The notes under the pieces are model-generated. The model was not told the DNA's origin. It saw nothing but the letters and a program-made list of their open reading frames with translations, and searched no databases. DNA of 27,570 nt from an uncultured Oscillospiraceae bacterium (lineage in GTDB: Bacteria; Bacillota; Clostridia; Oscillospirales; Acutalibacteraceae): positions 1 to 27,570 of the forward strand of contig URRG01000001.1 of the NCBI GenBank assembly GCA_900550095.1, written 5' to 3'. Position numbers and translations under genes: made by a program. This document shows, piece after piece, positions 17,312 to 26,264 of this stretch. Each line of letters opens with the position of its first letter. Positions within the stretch are counted from its first letter, which is position 1.

Positions 17312-18514
17312 ATGAAAAGAATATTGGCTTTCCTGTTGGTTTTGACGGTGGCTCTGGGCCTGGGGGCCTGCGCGGGGCCGGAAGAAGCTTCCCCGCAGGC
17401 AGGCGGGGAAGGAGCGGCTGCTGCCGCAGAGTACCCCTACGCTCCCGTTCCCATCTATAACGCCCGGAACGAAAAGATCGGGGAGCTGGAGCAGTCCGGG
17501 CCGGTTTACCCAACGGAGGGCGGATTTGTGTATACAAAGAGAGTGGACGACCGTATAGGTCTTGATATTTCGGGGGGCGTAATCGACATAGAGTATTATC
17601 TGTATACGGTTTCCAGCGGGGAACATATAAAAATAGGCGCCGTCCAGAATCACTATATGCAGTCGAAGGGCGTCCTTCTTCAGAACCATCTGTTCTTTTT
17701 TGAGGTGACCTCCACGGAAGAGGAGAGCGTTGTGAAGCTTTTGGATCTGGACCTGGAGAACCACACCATGTCGGAGGTATACTCCGAAGCGGACGGAGGC
17801 TATTTTCAATCCATGGCCGGCGTGGGGGACAGCCTGTTCTTTGCAAAGGGCGTAGAAAACGGGGCCTGCATACAGGAATATGATGTCTCCGAAAAAAAGA
17901 TGAAGACCCTTATGCGCATTTCCTGGAACGCTGCCAGCGATGAAAGGGAGATGCTGAGAAGCCTGTGGGCGGACGAGAATACGATCTCTCTTTTGATGCT
18001 GGAAACGGACACGGGAAGGAGTAAGGAGCCCGCGCACCTGCGTGTGGACGTTTACGACAGGGATATGAAGTTTCTGGGTTCCAGGTATATTTCCGGCGTA
18101 ACCGATGAAGAGGGACAGAACCAATTTGCGATGAATTTCATATATTCCAGCGGATTTCTGTATTACCAGAACGCCAGCTTTGCCTCTTTCCTGGGGAGAG
18201 TCACGGATAAGGGCGTGGAAAGGCTTCTGGAAGACGATTCGGCCAGGATGGCGTATGAAACGGCCCAGATTCCGGAAACCAAGCTGCTGTATCGTTCGTA
18301 TGACGAGGGCAACGCGCTGTATCTTGTGGATGTGAAGACCGGAGATATCCGGGAGGGCTCCTTCTCTGCGGATGACGAGCTCTATCAGATTAAGGATGTA
18401 TCCAGGGATACGGGCGGCAACGTATGGATACGGATGGGATACGAGGATCCTTCCACCGATGAAAGGCTGGAACGCCTCTACTATGTGAGCGAATCCGACC
18501 TGCATTTTTCATAA
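17312..18514 (+). CDS. Lipoprotein of unknown function, paralog 3 (400 aa)
   Basis: SD GGAGGGG, ATG 17312 (MKRILAFLL...LGAC); same conserved blocks as paralogs 1 and 2. Confidence 0.88.
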   Translation: MKRILAFLLVLTVALGLGACAGPEEASPQAGGEGAAAAAEYPYAPVPIYNARNEKIGELEQSGPVYPTEGGFVYTKRVDDRIGLDISGGVIDIEYYLYTVSSGEHIKIGAVQNHYMQSKGVLLQNHLFFFEVTSTEEESVVKLLDLDLENHTMSEVYSEADGGYFQSMAGVGDSLFFAKGVENGACIQEYDVSEKKMKTLMRISWNAASDEREMLRSLWADENTISLLMLETDTGRSKEPAHLRVDVYDRDMKFLGSRYISGVTDEEGQNQFAMNFIYSSGFLYYQNASFASFLGRVTDKGVERLLEDDSARMAYETAQIPETKLLYRSYDEGNALYLVDVKTGDIREGSFSADDELYQIKDVSRDTGGNVWIRMGYEDPSTDERLERLYYVSESDLHFS

Positions 18515-18553
18515 GGCGGCAGGGGAACGTAAATAAGCGGAAAAAGAAAGCAC

Positions 18554-18590
18554 AAAAGGAGCCGGACGCTGTTCAAGAGCGTCCGGCTCC
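18554..18590 (-). terminator. Intrinsic terminator, probably bidirectional
   Basis: Perfect 13-bp stem GGAGCCGGACGCT (18558-18570) / AGCGTCCGGCTCC (18578-18590); T-rich tail on the minus strand; lies between convergent genes. Confidence 0.82.
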
Positions 18591-18659
18591 CTGCCTTTGT
18601 CTGTATCTGTCTTTCTGCCGGTGTGGAAAGGCTTTTCCGCCGGTTTTCTCCTCTTCTGA

Positions 18660-20027
18660 TCACTTCAGGAACTTTTTCAGCATTTTCAGCTTTTTTTCCG
18701 TATACGGATGGTAGCGGACGGGCAGATCCACGGAGGAGGATTTTTTCACGATGCTTTTTTCATGGGTGAAGGTATCGAAGCTCTTTTTGCCGTGATAGGA
18801 GCCCATGCCGCTGTGCCCCACGCCGCCGAAGGGCATATGATGGGTGGCCAGATGGATGATGGTATCGTTGATGCAGCCCCCGCCGAAGGAAACCTCTTGC
18901 AGGATACGCTTCTCAAAGGCCTTGCTTTCGGTAAACAGATAGAGAGCCAGAGGCTTTTCCCGCTCCCGGATGAAGCGGATGGCGTCATCGGGTTTGTCAT
19001 AGGTAAGAATGGGAAGAATAGGCCCGAAGATCTCCTCCTGCATAGAGGGGCTTTCCGCCGAAGCCTCTGTCACGGTAGGAGCTATGGTCAGCGCCGCTTC
19101 ATCGGTTTCTCCGCCCAGAAGGATGGTTTCCCCCTCCAGGATAGCGCAAAGCCTCTGAAAATGCTTTTGGTTGATAATTTTCGGAAATTCGGGATTTTTC
19201 CCGGGATTCTGCCCCAGGGCATCCTGTATATTGCTTTTCAGAAGGCTTATAAGGTCCTCTTTTCGCTCCCGCTTTACAAGCACGTAATCCGGGGCCACGC
19301 AGGTCTGGCCGGCGTTCAGAAGCTTTCCGAACACCAGCCGCCGGGCCGCCATAGGCAGATTCGCCGTTTCGTCGATGATGCAGGGGCTTTTGCCCCCCAG
19401 CTCCAGAACCACGGAAGTCAGGTTTTGGGCAGCCTTTTCCATCACCAGCTTCCCTACGGAGACGCTGCCGGTGAAAAAGATGAAATCGAAGCGCTGCTCC
19501 AAAAGGCTGGAGTTTTCCTCCCGCCCGCCTTCCACCACAGCTACATGAGCCGGGGAAAAAACGGAGGAAATGAGATCTGCCAGCAGATGGCTGGTATGGG
19601 GCGCATAGGCGGAGGGCTTCAGAATGACGCAATTCCCCGCGGCAATGGATCCGATGAGAGGATCCAGACTTAATAGAAAGGGATAGTTCCAAGGGGACAT
19701 GACCAGCGTTACGCCGTAGGGCTCCTTGCAGATAAAGCTTCGGCTGGGAAATTGGGAAAGAGGAGTAGGCACCCGTTTGGGCTTTGCCCATTTTTCCAGA
19801 TGCTTTGCAATATAGCGGAGTTCATCCAGCACCATGCCGGTTTCACTCATGTAGCTTTCAAAGGGGGATTTGCGCAGATCGGCGTGAAGAGCTTCTGCGA
19901 TCTCCTTTTCCCGGGCAAGAATAGCTTTCTGCAGGCGCAGGAGCGATTCCTTTCTTTCCGATGGTTCCAGAGTGGCGCCGCCTAGGAAGTATTCCCTCTG
20001 GCGGGAAACCAGGGCGGGGATATCCAT
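18660..20027 (-). CDS. NAD(P)-dependent aldehyde dehydrogenase (ALDH3/YwdH-like), 455 aa
   Basis: SD GGAGGT, ATG 20027; PWNYP, FTGSVSVG, LELGGKSP, NAGQTCVAPDY, EEIFGP, PFGGVG.SGMG. Confidence 0.94.
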   Translation of the reverse strand: MDIPALVSRQREYFLGGATLEPSERKESLLRLQKAILAREKEIAEALHADLRKSPFESYMSETGMVLDELRYIAKHLEKWAKPKRVPTPLSQFPSRSFICKEPYGVTLVMSPWNYPFLLSLDPLIGSIAAGNCVILKPSAYAPHTSHLLADLISSVFSPAHVAVVEGGREENSSLLEQRFDFIFFTGSVSVGKLVMEKAAQNLTSVVLELGGKSPCIIDETANLPMAARRLVFGKLLNAGQTCVAPDYVLVKRERKEDLISLLKSNIQDALGQNPGKNPEFPKIINQKHFQRLCAILEGETILLGGETDEAALTIAPTVTEASAESPSMQEEIFGPILPILTYDKPDDAIRFIREREKPLALYLFTESKAFEKRILQEVSFGGGCINDTIIHLATHHMPFGGVGHSGMGSYHGKKSFDTFTHEKSIVKKSSSVDLPVRYHPYTEKKLKMLKKFLK

Positions 20028-20242
20028 AAAAAGACCTCCAGTCTCAGCATGCACTCACGCAGCGTACTGTAATTGTGCCTCTATAGTGTAATGTACCCCC
20101 GGAAGGTAGGGGTTCATACGCCGGATGAGATGAAAATCCGGGTTTCTTTTCCTCATTCTATCATTGAAGCTTCTTTGTGGCAAGAGGTAGAAACCCAGAG
20201 GAAAATTCGCCTGTGGTGGGGAGAACATGGTGGGAAAGAAGT

Positions 20243-20271
20243 TTGCTTAACGGGTCTGTTTGTTGTATAAT
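20243..20271 (+). promoter_or_regulatory. Sigma70/SigA promoter for iscS-thiI
   Basis: TTGCTT (20243-20248), 17 bp, TATAAT (20266-20271); also argues against the ORF-track start at 20177. Confidence 0.7.
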
Positions 20272-20344
20272 GTGCCATGAAAGCGTGTGTTCCCCCAGGC
20301 GGGATTTCCGCGCTGAAGGGAACTGTAAAGGAGAAGAGAAGGAT

Positions 20345-21562
20345 ATGCAGCAAGGTTTTGATAAGAAAAGGGAGCTTTCTCCCCAAAAGCGGGGAGAACC
20401 GGAGATCCGGGCGTATCTGGATAATTCAGCTACTACGCGGCCCTGCCGGGAGGCGGTGGAAGCAGCCGCCCGATCTATGGAAGAAAACTGGGGAAATCCC
20501 TCCTCGCTCCATACCATGGGTTTTTTGGCGGAACAGGAGTTGAAAAAAAGCCGTGAAGCAGTGGCCGGAGCTCTTTCCTGCCGGCCGGAGGAGATTGTCT
20601 TTACCTCCGGGGGAACGGAAGCAGATAATCTGGCAATTTTTGGAGCGGCCTACAACAGGATCCGCCGGGGAAAGCATATTGTGACCACGGCGATCGAGCA
20701 CCCCGCTGTGCTCAACGCCATGAAGCAGCTGGAGAAGAAAGGCTTTTCCGTAACCTATCTCATGCCGGATCGCTTCGGCTGGATAACACCGGAGCAGGTG
20801 TATGAGGCGGTGCGGGAGGATACCATCCTGGTGAGCATGATGGCTGTGAATAACGAGGTGGGTTCTATTTTGCCTCTGGAAGCGGCAGCCCGGGCGATCC
20901 GGGAAAAGGGGGCGCCGGCTCTCTTCCATGTGGACGCTGTCCAGGCGTTTGGAAAGCTGCCTCTGCGTCCCAACCAGGCGGGGGTGGATCTGATGACCGT
21001 GAGCGGCCACAAAATTCACGGCCCCAAGGGAATCGGCGCGCTTTATATCCGCAAGGGTGTGCATCTAGCCCCTCGTGTTTTCGGCGGAGGGCAGGAGCAG
21101 AATATCCGGCCCGGAACGGAGCCCATGCCTTTGATTGCCGCTTTTAGGGCGGCCGTGAAGGCCCTTCCAAACCTCAGGGAAGAGGAAGAACGCATCCGCG
21201 GGCTGAACGTTCTTCTAAGGAAGAAGCTGGCCACTATGCCGGAGGTGAAGATCCACTCCCTTGAAAAAGGGCTCCCATATATTGTGAACCTTTCGGCAGG
21301 CGCCGTTCGGGCAGAGACTATGCTGCATTTTCTGGCGGAAAAGGGCGTGTTTGTCTCCACGGGCTCCGCTTGCGCCAAAGGAAAGGAAAGTCATGTGCTG
21401 GCTGCTATGGGGCTGCCAAAGGAGGAGATTACTTCCTCTCTGCGGGTGAGCTTTTCCCGTATGAATACCGAGGAGGACGTGGAGGCTTTTACCTCCGCTC
21501 TTGAGGAGGGCCTTTCTATTTTAGCGAGAAAAGGGGTTTCCCGCCTGCGGAAACTGAGTTGA
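20345..21562 (+). CDS. iscS: Cysteine desulfurase (IscS/NifZ-type, ThiI-associated)
   Basis: YLDNSATT, GNPSSLH, FTSGGTE, HVDAVQ, SGHKIHGPKG (PLP Lys), STGSAC (catalytic Cys); directly upstream of thiI. Confidence 0.92.
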   Translation: MQQGFDKKRELSPQKRGEPEIRAYLDNSATTRPCREAVEAAARSMEENWGNPSSLHTMGFLAEQELKKSREAVAGALSCRPEEIVFTSGGTEADNLAIFGAAYNRIRRGKHIVTTAIEHPAVLNAMKQLEKKGFSVTYLMPDRFGWITPEQVYEAVREDTILVSMMAVNNEVGSILPLEAAARAIREKGAPALFHVDAVQAFGKLPLRPNQAGVDLMTVSGHKIHGPKGIGALYIRKGVHLAPRVFGGGQEQNIRPGTEPMPLIAAFRAAVKALPNLREEEERIRGLNVLLRKKLATMPEVKIHSLEKGLPYIVNLSAGAVRAETMLHFLAEKGVFVSTGSACAKGKESHVLAAMGLPKEEITSSLRVSFSRMNTEEDVEAFTSALEEGLSILARKGVSRLRKLS

Positions 21563-21621
21563 ACAACATTAGTGCGTTATAAATTTATAATTTACTACTA
21601 ATAGTATAAAGGAATGGGCGT

Positions 21622-22794
21622 ATGAAGGAAATTATTCTGATTAAACTGGGCGAAATCGTTTTAAAGGGATTGAACCGAAACACCTTTGAGGCTGTACTTT
21701 TAAAGAACATCAAGCGAAGGCTGGCGCCGGTGGGGAATTTTTCGGTGCGCACAGCCCAATCCACCGTATATGTAGAACCGAAGGACGATGCTGCCGATAT
21801 GGAGGCTGCAGCGGAAAAGATTCGTAAAATATTCGGAATCGTGGCCTTTTCCAGGGCAGGCGTTACGGAAAAATCCATGGATGCCATTCTGCCCGGGGCC
21901 TGTGAATATCTGCGGGAGCAGCTGAACCGCTGCCACACCTTCAAGGTGGAGGCCAAGCGTTCCGATAAGGCGTTTCCCTACACCTCGCCGGAAATTTCCG
22001 CGGAGGTGGGGGCAAAGCTGCTGGAGGAATTTCCTCATTTGCGGGTGAACGTCCACGAACCGGATATAATCGTTCGGGTGGAGATTCGAGATTTCGGCGC
22101 ATATATTCACGGCCAGCCCATCCCCGGTGCAGGAGGAATCCCGGTGGGAACAGGGGGGAAGGCCGCTATACTGATCTCCGGCGGCATCGACAGCCCCGTA
22201 GCCGCCTGGTGCATGGCGAAAAGGGGGCTGGAGCTGACCCCGGTGCATTTTGCCAGCCCTCCTTACACCAGTGAAAGGGCGGAGCAGAAGGTGAAGGATC
22301 TGCTGCAGAAGGTGAGCGCCTATGCAGGCCGCATGTTCATGTTTACGGTGCCCTTTGCGAAGGTGCAGGAGGCCATTCTGCAGAATTGCCCGGAGGAATA
22401 TTTTACCATTATCATGCGCCGATTTATGATGCGGGTGGCGGAGCGGATCGCCGTCAGGGAGAAATGCGGCGCGCTCATCACCGGAGAGAGCCTGGGCCAG
22501 GTGGCCAGCCAGACGCTGCAAGCTATTGCGTGCACGGATGCCGCAGCCTCCATGCCCGTCTTCCGGCCTCTGATCGGCATGGATAAGAGCGAGATCGTAA
22601 AAATCGCCCGGGATATCGACACCTTTGATATTTCCATTCAACCCTTTGAAGACTGCTGCACCGTGTTTACACCCCGCCACCCAAGAACCCGGCCGGAGCT
22701 TTCTATGGTTTTGGAGGCAGAGGCTGTTCTGGATGCGGAGAGCCTTATTCGGGAATGTGTGGAGAATGTTTCCATTACCCGAATTGCTCCGTAA
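21622..22794 (+). CDS. thiI: tRNA 4-thiouridine synthase ThiI (short form, no rhodanese domain)
   Basis: GEIVLKGLNR, THUMP region, PP-loop ISGGIDS, GESLGQVASQT, EDCC. Confidence 0.95.
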   Translation: MKEIILIKLGEIVLKGLNRNTFEAVLLKNIKRRLAPVGNFSVRTAQSTVYVEPKDDAADMEAAAEKIRKIFGIVAFSRAGVTEKSMDAILPGACEYLREQLNRCHTFKVEAKRSDKAFPYTSPEISAEVGAKLLEEFPHLRVNVHEPDIIVRVEIRDFGAYIHGQPIPGAGGIPVGTGGKAAILISGGIDSPVAAWCMAKRGLELTPVHFASPPYTSERAEQKVKDLLQKVSAYAGRMFMFTVPFAKVQEAILQNCPEEYFTIIMRRFMMRVAERIAVREKCGALITGESLGQVASQTLQAIACTDAAASMPVFRPLIGMDKSEIVKIARDIDTFDISIQPFEDCCTVFTPRHPRTRPELSMVLEAEAVLDAESLIRECVENVSITRIAP

Positions 22795-22907
22795 AAGCGG
22801 CGTAGTTCCAGGCGGCGGTGGACAGAGAAGAATTGCGGATATTTCTTCCAGAGCGGGAGGTGGCCGTTTATGTTGAAACACAAGCGGCCTGAAAGGAGCT
22901 GTTACCT

Positions 22908-24317
22908 TTGAATGTGGATTCTATGGATACAATAAAAACAGTGGAAGGGGAAGCAGAGTCTCCCCGGCAGGAAAAGAGAAAGAAGCCGGAGACAGCGGAA
23001 ATTTTGGCTGTGGGAACAGAGCTTCTTCTGGGCCACACCGTCAATACGGACGCCGCCCTGGTGGCCAGGGAACTGAACAGCTTAGGGATTAGCGTTTTGT
23101 ATTCCACCGTGGTGGGGGACAACCCACGCAGACTTGAGGATGCGGTGCGCTCGGCCCTTCTGCGAAGCGATCTGGTAGTGACTACCGGCGGGCTGGGCCC
23201 TACGGGGGACGACCTTACGAAGGAGACGGTGGCGGCAGCAGCCGGGAGAAAGCTCGTTCTTCATGAGGAAAGTAAACGCCGGATCGAGGCCTATTTTAAG
23301 GGCCGGGAGTGCGGTGAGAGCCAATTCCGGCAGGCCATGCTGCCCGAGGGCTGCGAGGTGTTCCCCAACGATTTCGGCACAGCACCCGGCTGCGCTTTTT
23401 ACAGCGAGGGCGGTTCTCTGGTGATGATGTTCCCCGGCCCTCCTTCAGAACTGACCCCCATGCTGGAGCGGTATGGCGTTCCTTATTTGAGGCGGCTTTC
23501 AGAGGGCGTGATCTTTTCAAGAATGCTGCGGGTGTTCGGTATGGGAGAAGGGGCCGCTGCAGAGCGGATAGCTGATCTGGCGGAGAGTGAAAATCCCACG
23601 GCAGCCACCTACGCCAAGGAAAACGAGATGTTTATCCGGGTGACAGCCAGAGCCTCTTCCCCGGAGAAGGCGGAGGCCCTCTGCGCTCCCATGGTGGAAG
23701 AAATACAGCGCAGGCTGGGGGATGTGGTCTATGCTGTCAACGGAGACGGCACATCCGACAGTTGCTTGGAAGAAACGGCAGTAGCTCTGTTGCAGAAAAA
23801 GGGCTGGACCTTCGGTGCTGCGGAATCCTGCACAGGTGGGCTTCTCTCCAAGCGTGTGACGGATATCCCCGGGGCTTCGGATGTGCTGCGGCTGAGCATG
23901 GTGACGTATGCCAACGAGGCCAAGGCGCGTTTTTTGGGCGTTCCTGAGGAAACGCTTTGCACCTATGGAGCAGTGAGCGTCGAGACGGCCAAAGCTATGG
24001 CGGAGGGGATCCGTCTGGCTGCCGGAGCGGATTTGGGCGTTGGCATCACCGGTGTGGCGGGCCCCGGAGGCGGAACGCCAGAAAAGCCCGTAGGGCTGGT
24101 GTTCATTGCTCTCTGTGATGGAGAACATACCTGGGTCAAACGAATGGATCCGCCGGGGAGAGTAAAATCCCGGCAGTCCCTGCGTATACGGGCTTCGTCC
24201 ATGGCGCTGGATATGATACGCCGCCGGGTGGAGGGGCTTCCCCAGGAACCGGCAGAGGTATTTCCAGCGGCCCGGCCGGAAGGAGCTGTAACCTACCTTC
24301 CTTCCCTGCATCCCTGA
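22908..24317 (+). CDS. cinA: CinA family protein (MoCF-like N-domain + NMN deamidase PncC domain)
   Basis: SD GAAAGGAG then TTG 22908; AVGTELLLG, GDN, TGGLGPTGDDLT, FPGPPSE, AESCTGG, GITGVAGPGG. Confidence 0.92.
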   Translation: MNVDSMDTIKTVEGEAESPRQEKRKKPETAEILAVGTELLLGHTVNTDAALVARELNSLGISVLYSTVVGDNPRRLEDAVRSALLRSDLVVTTGGLGPTGDDLTKETVAAAAGRKLVLHEESKRRIEAYFKGRECGESQFRQAMLPEGCEVFPNDFGTAPGCAFYSEGGSLVMMFPGPPSELTPMLERYGVPYLRRLSEGVIFSRMLRVFGMGEGAAAERIADLAESENPTAATYAKENEMFIRVTARASSPEKAEALCAPMVEEIQRRLGDVVYAVNGDGTSDSCLEETAVALLQKKGWTFGAAESCTGGLLSKRVTDIPGASDVLRLSMVTYANEAKARFLGVPEETLCTYGAVSVETAKAMAEGIRLAAGADLGVGITGVAGPGGGTPEKPVGLVFIALCDGEHTWVKRMDPPGRVKSRQSLRIRASSMALDMIRRRVEGLPQEPAEVFPAARPEGAVTYLPSLHP

Positions 24318-24416
24318 TGGGCAGGTGAAAAGGAAATTAGATGAAGAATGCGGACGGATACGGTATTGAAAATGATACGATGCCTGCGGCGTGCAGGCGG
24401 CTGAGGAGGGATCCCG

Positions 24417-25550
24417 ATGGATAGCAAAGACAGCAGAAAGGTCCCGGAAAAAACCAGGGGCCCCAGGCACAGAAGAAGGAGAAGCGATATGCGAAAAAAT
24501 ACGGAATCCCATATACATGATGCCGGAAATGAGGCCGTAGGTACAAACTGTAAGAAAAAGCGCTGCTTTCTTGCAGCGGTACTCCCCTGGAAAGGGGACA
24601 GGCCCAGAGATGTGATCCTGAAGCTCCTTTTTCTCATATGCCTTATTGTATTCCTCGTCTGTGGGGGAATCCTTTTGAACGATTATGTGCTCAAACCGGG
24701 GGCTGTTACAAAGGATAATGATGAGCTGGCGTCGATTTACCATTCTGTGGAATCGGAGGAGAATACAGCTTCCGGTTCCGGCGGGGAGAAAGAGCCCCAG
24801 CGGGATGAGGAGGGGCGCTTGGTGAAGATTGCCAAGCTGCAGGAGATAAACCCGGATATCCGGGGATGGATCACTGTGCCTAATACAGTGATAGACCTGC
24901 CGGTTTTGCAGTCCCCTGAGAGTGATTCTCAGTTTTATTTATATCGGAATTATAAAAAAGAGTACTCCTTTGCAGGCAGCGTCTTTATGGATTCCCGCTG
25001 CAATTTGGACAGCAGGGCCATGATCCTATTTGGACACTCTTTGAACTCCGGGCTTATGTTTACCGATCTGCTGGATTATAAAAGCCTGGATTTCTATAAG
25101 AGCGCTCCGGTTTTCACGTTTGACACAGTACAAGAAGAAAATCAATGGAAGATCATTTCTGTCTTTTTGACGAATACCGATCCAGAGCAGGGGGAACCCT
25201 TTGATTTTATGAGGGTTTCCTTCCAGGACGACAGCGATTTTATGAATTATGTCTATCAGATCCGGATCCGTTCCATTTTAGATATTCCTGTAGACTTCGG
25301 GCCGCAGGATCAGCTTCTTTTGCTTTCTACCTGCTCTTATGAATACGATGGCTACCGGCTTGTGGTGGCTGCCCGCAAAGTGCGGGAAGGGGAATCAGAG
25401 TCTGTGGATGTTTCCAAAGCCACTTATGGTGCAAAGACAGTATTCCCGGAGAATTATCGGAAGGATAGAGGTCTCGCAGATCCGGGTTGGCCGGAGACTT
25501 ATGAAGAGGCTCTGCAGAAGGGGCTTTTGAGCTGGGCGGTGACAGAATGA
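24417..25550 (+). CDS. srtB: Class B sortase
   Basis: N-terminal membrane anchor; NPDIRGWI, GSVFMD, FGH (His), LSTC (Cys), YRLVV (Arg); alternative start 24489. Confidence 0.9.
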   Translation: MDSKDSRKVPEKTRGPRHRRRRSDMRKNTESHIHDAGNEAVGTNCKKKRCFLAAVLPWKGDRPRDVILKLLFLICLIVFLVCGGILLNDYVLKPGAVTKDNDELASIYHSVESEENTASGSGGEKEPQRDEEGRLVKIAKLQEINPDIRGWITVPNTVIDLPVLQSPESDSQFYLYRNYKKEYSFAGSVFMDSRCNLDSRAMILFGHSLNSGLMFTDLLDYKSLDFYKSAPVFTFDTVQEENQWKIISVFLTNTDPEQGEPFDFMRVSFQDDSDFMNYVYQIRIRSILDIPVDFGPQDQLLLLSTCSYEYDGYRLVVAARKVREGESESVDVSKATYGAKTVFPENYRKDRGLADPGWPETYEEALQKGLLSWAVTE

Positions 25551-26164
25551 GCCAGGAAAGGGAATATGAAGATTCCGTGGCCCTTTCGGAAAATACAGGA
25601 AAAAAGAAAGCGGGGCGGGGAGAGATTGCAGAAAATTCTGCCCGATTCCCCGCCGGTCTGCTGTTTTTCCATGCGGGGCAGACAGCGCCCCTTGAAAAGA
25701 GGATTCTCCATCTCTTGGGGCAGCTGGGTGGTTCTCTTATGAAGGCCGTTGCGGTTCAGGAAGAGGGAGAGCTCCTCCGGCAGCTGAATGGTATGCTGGA
25801 AAAGGCCCGCTGTGTCTTTGTAGTAAGCGGGGTCCGCGGCGTGGCGCCGGAAGCAGCAGAACCGGTTTTTCGGGCCTTGGGAGCGAAACTGACCCCCGAA
25901 GGAGAGCCGAAAGGGATTTTCACTCTTTCAGGGAAGCATAAGCGGGGATACCTGCCGGAAAGCAGGGAAAAGGTTATATGCCTTCTCCCCGATGATGATG
26001 GGGAGGCAGAGGGAATGCTCAGAGAAGCAGGGCGCCATCTTTCAGAAAAATTTTCCCTTTCCTATGCAGAGGAGAAACCCGCCTTTCTGGATCAGAAACG
26101 GGAGGAGGAGACCTTGAGATCCTTTTTTGCGCAAAGAGATGGTTTTCCCCGGATTCCGGTATAG
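25547..26164 (+). CDS. Hypothetical protein resembling a degenerate CinA N-terminal (MogA/MoCF-fold) domain
   Basis: ATGA overlap with srtB; colinear by-eye similarity to the N-domain of the cinA in this window. Confidence 0.65.
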   Translation: MSQEREYEDSVALSENTGKKKAGRGEIAENSARFPAGLLFFHAGQTAPLEKRILHLLGQLGGSLMKAVAVQEEGELLRQLNGMLEKARCVFVVSGVRGVAPEAAEPVFRALGAKLTPEGEPKGIFTLSGKHKRGYLPESREKVICLLPDDDGEAEGMLREAGRHLSEKFSLSYAEEKPAFLDQKREEETLRSFFAQRDGFPRIPV

Positions 26165-26264
26165 TATCCGGCGCTCCATTGAAGAATAAAACTGGAAGGA
26201 ACCAGAAGCCGGCAGTCAGATGGCGAGCATTATAGCATAAAACAGGAAACAGGAGGGATCTTGC

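Noticed and set aside
14592..18514. Diversity-generating retroelement or invertase shufflon behind the lipoprotein variation
   Set aside because: No reverse transcriptase or recombinase in the window, differences are not adenine-specific, and all copies are full-length and co-oriented.
17216..24743. Long antisense ORFs (17216-18505, 18708-19673, 21700-22881, 23517-24743 and similar)
   Set aside because: They overlap well-supported genes on the opposite strand and show no family motifs.
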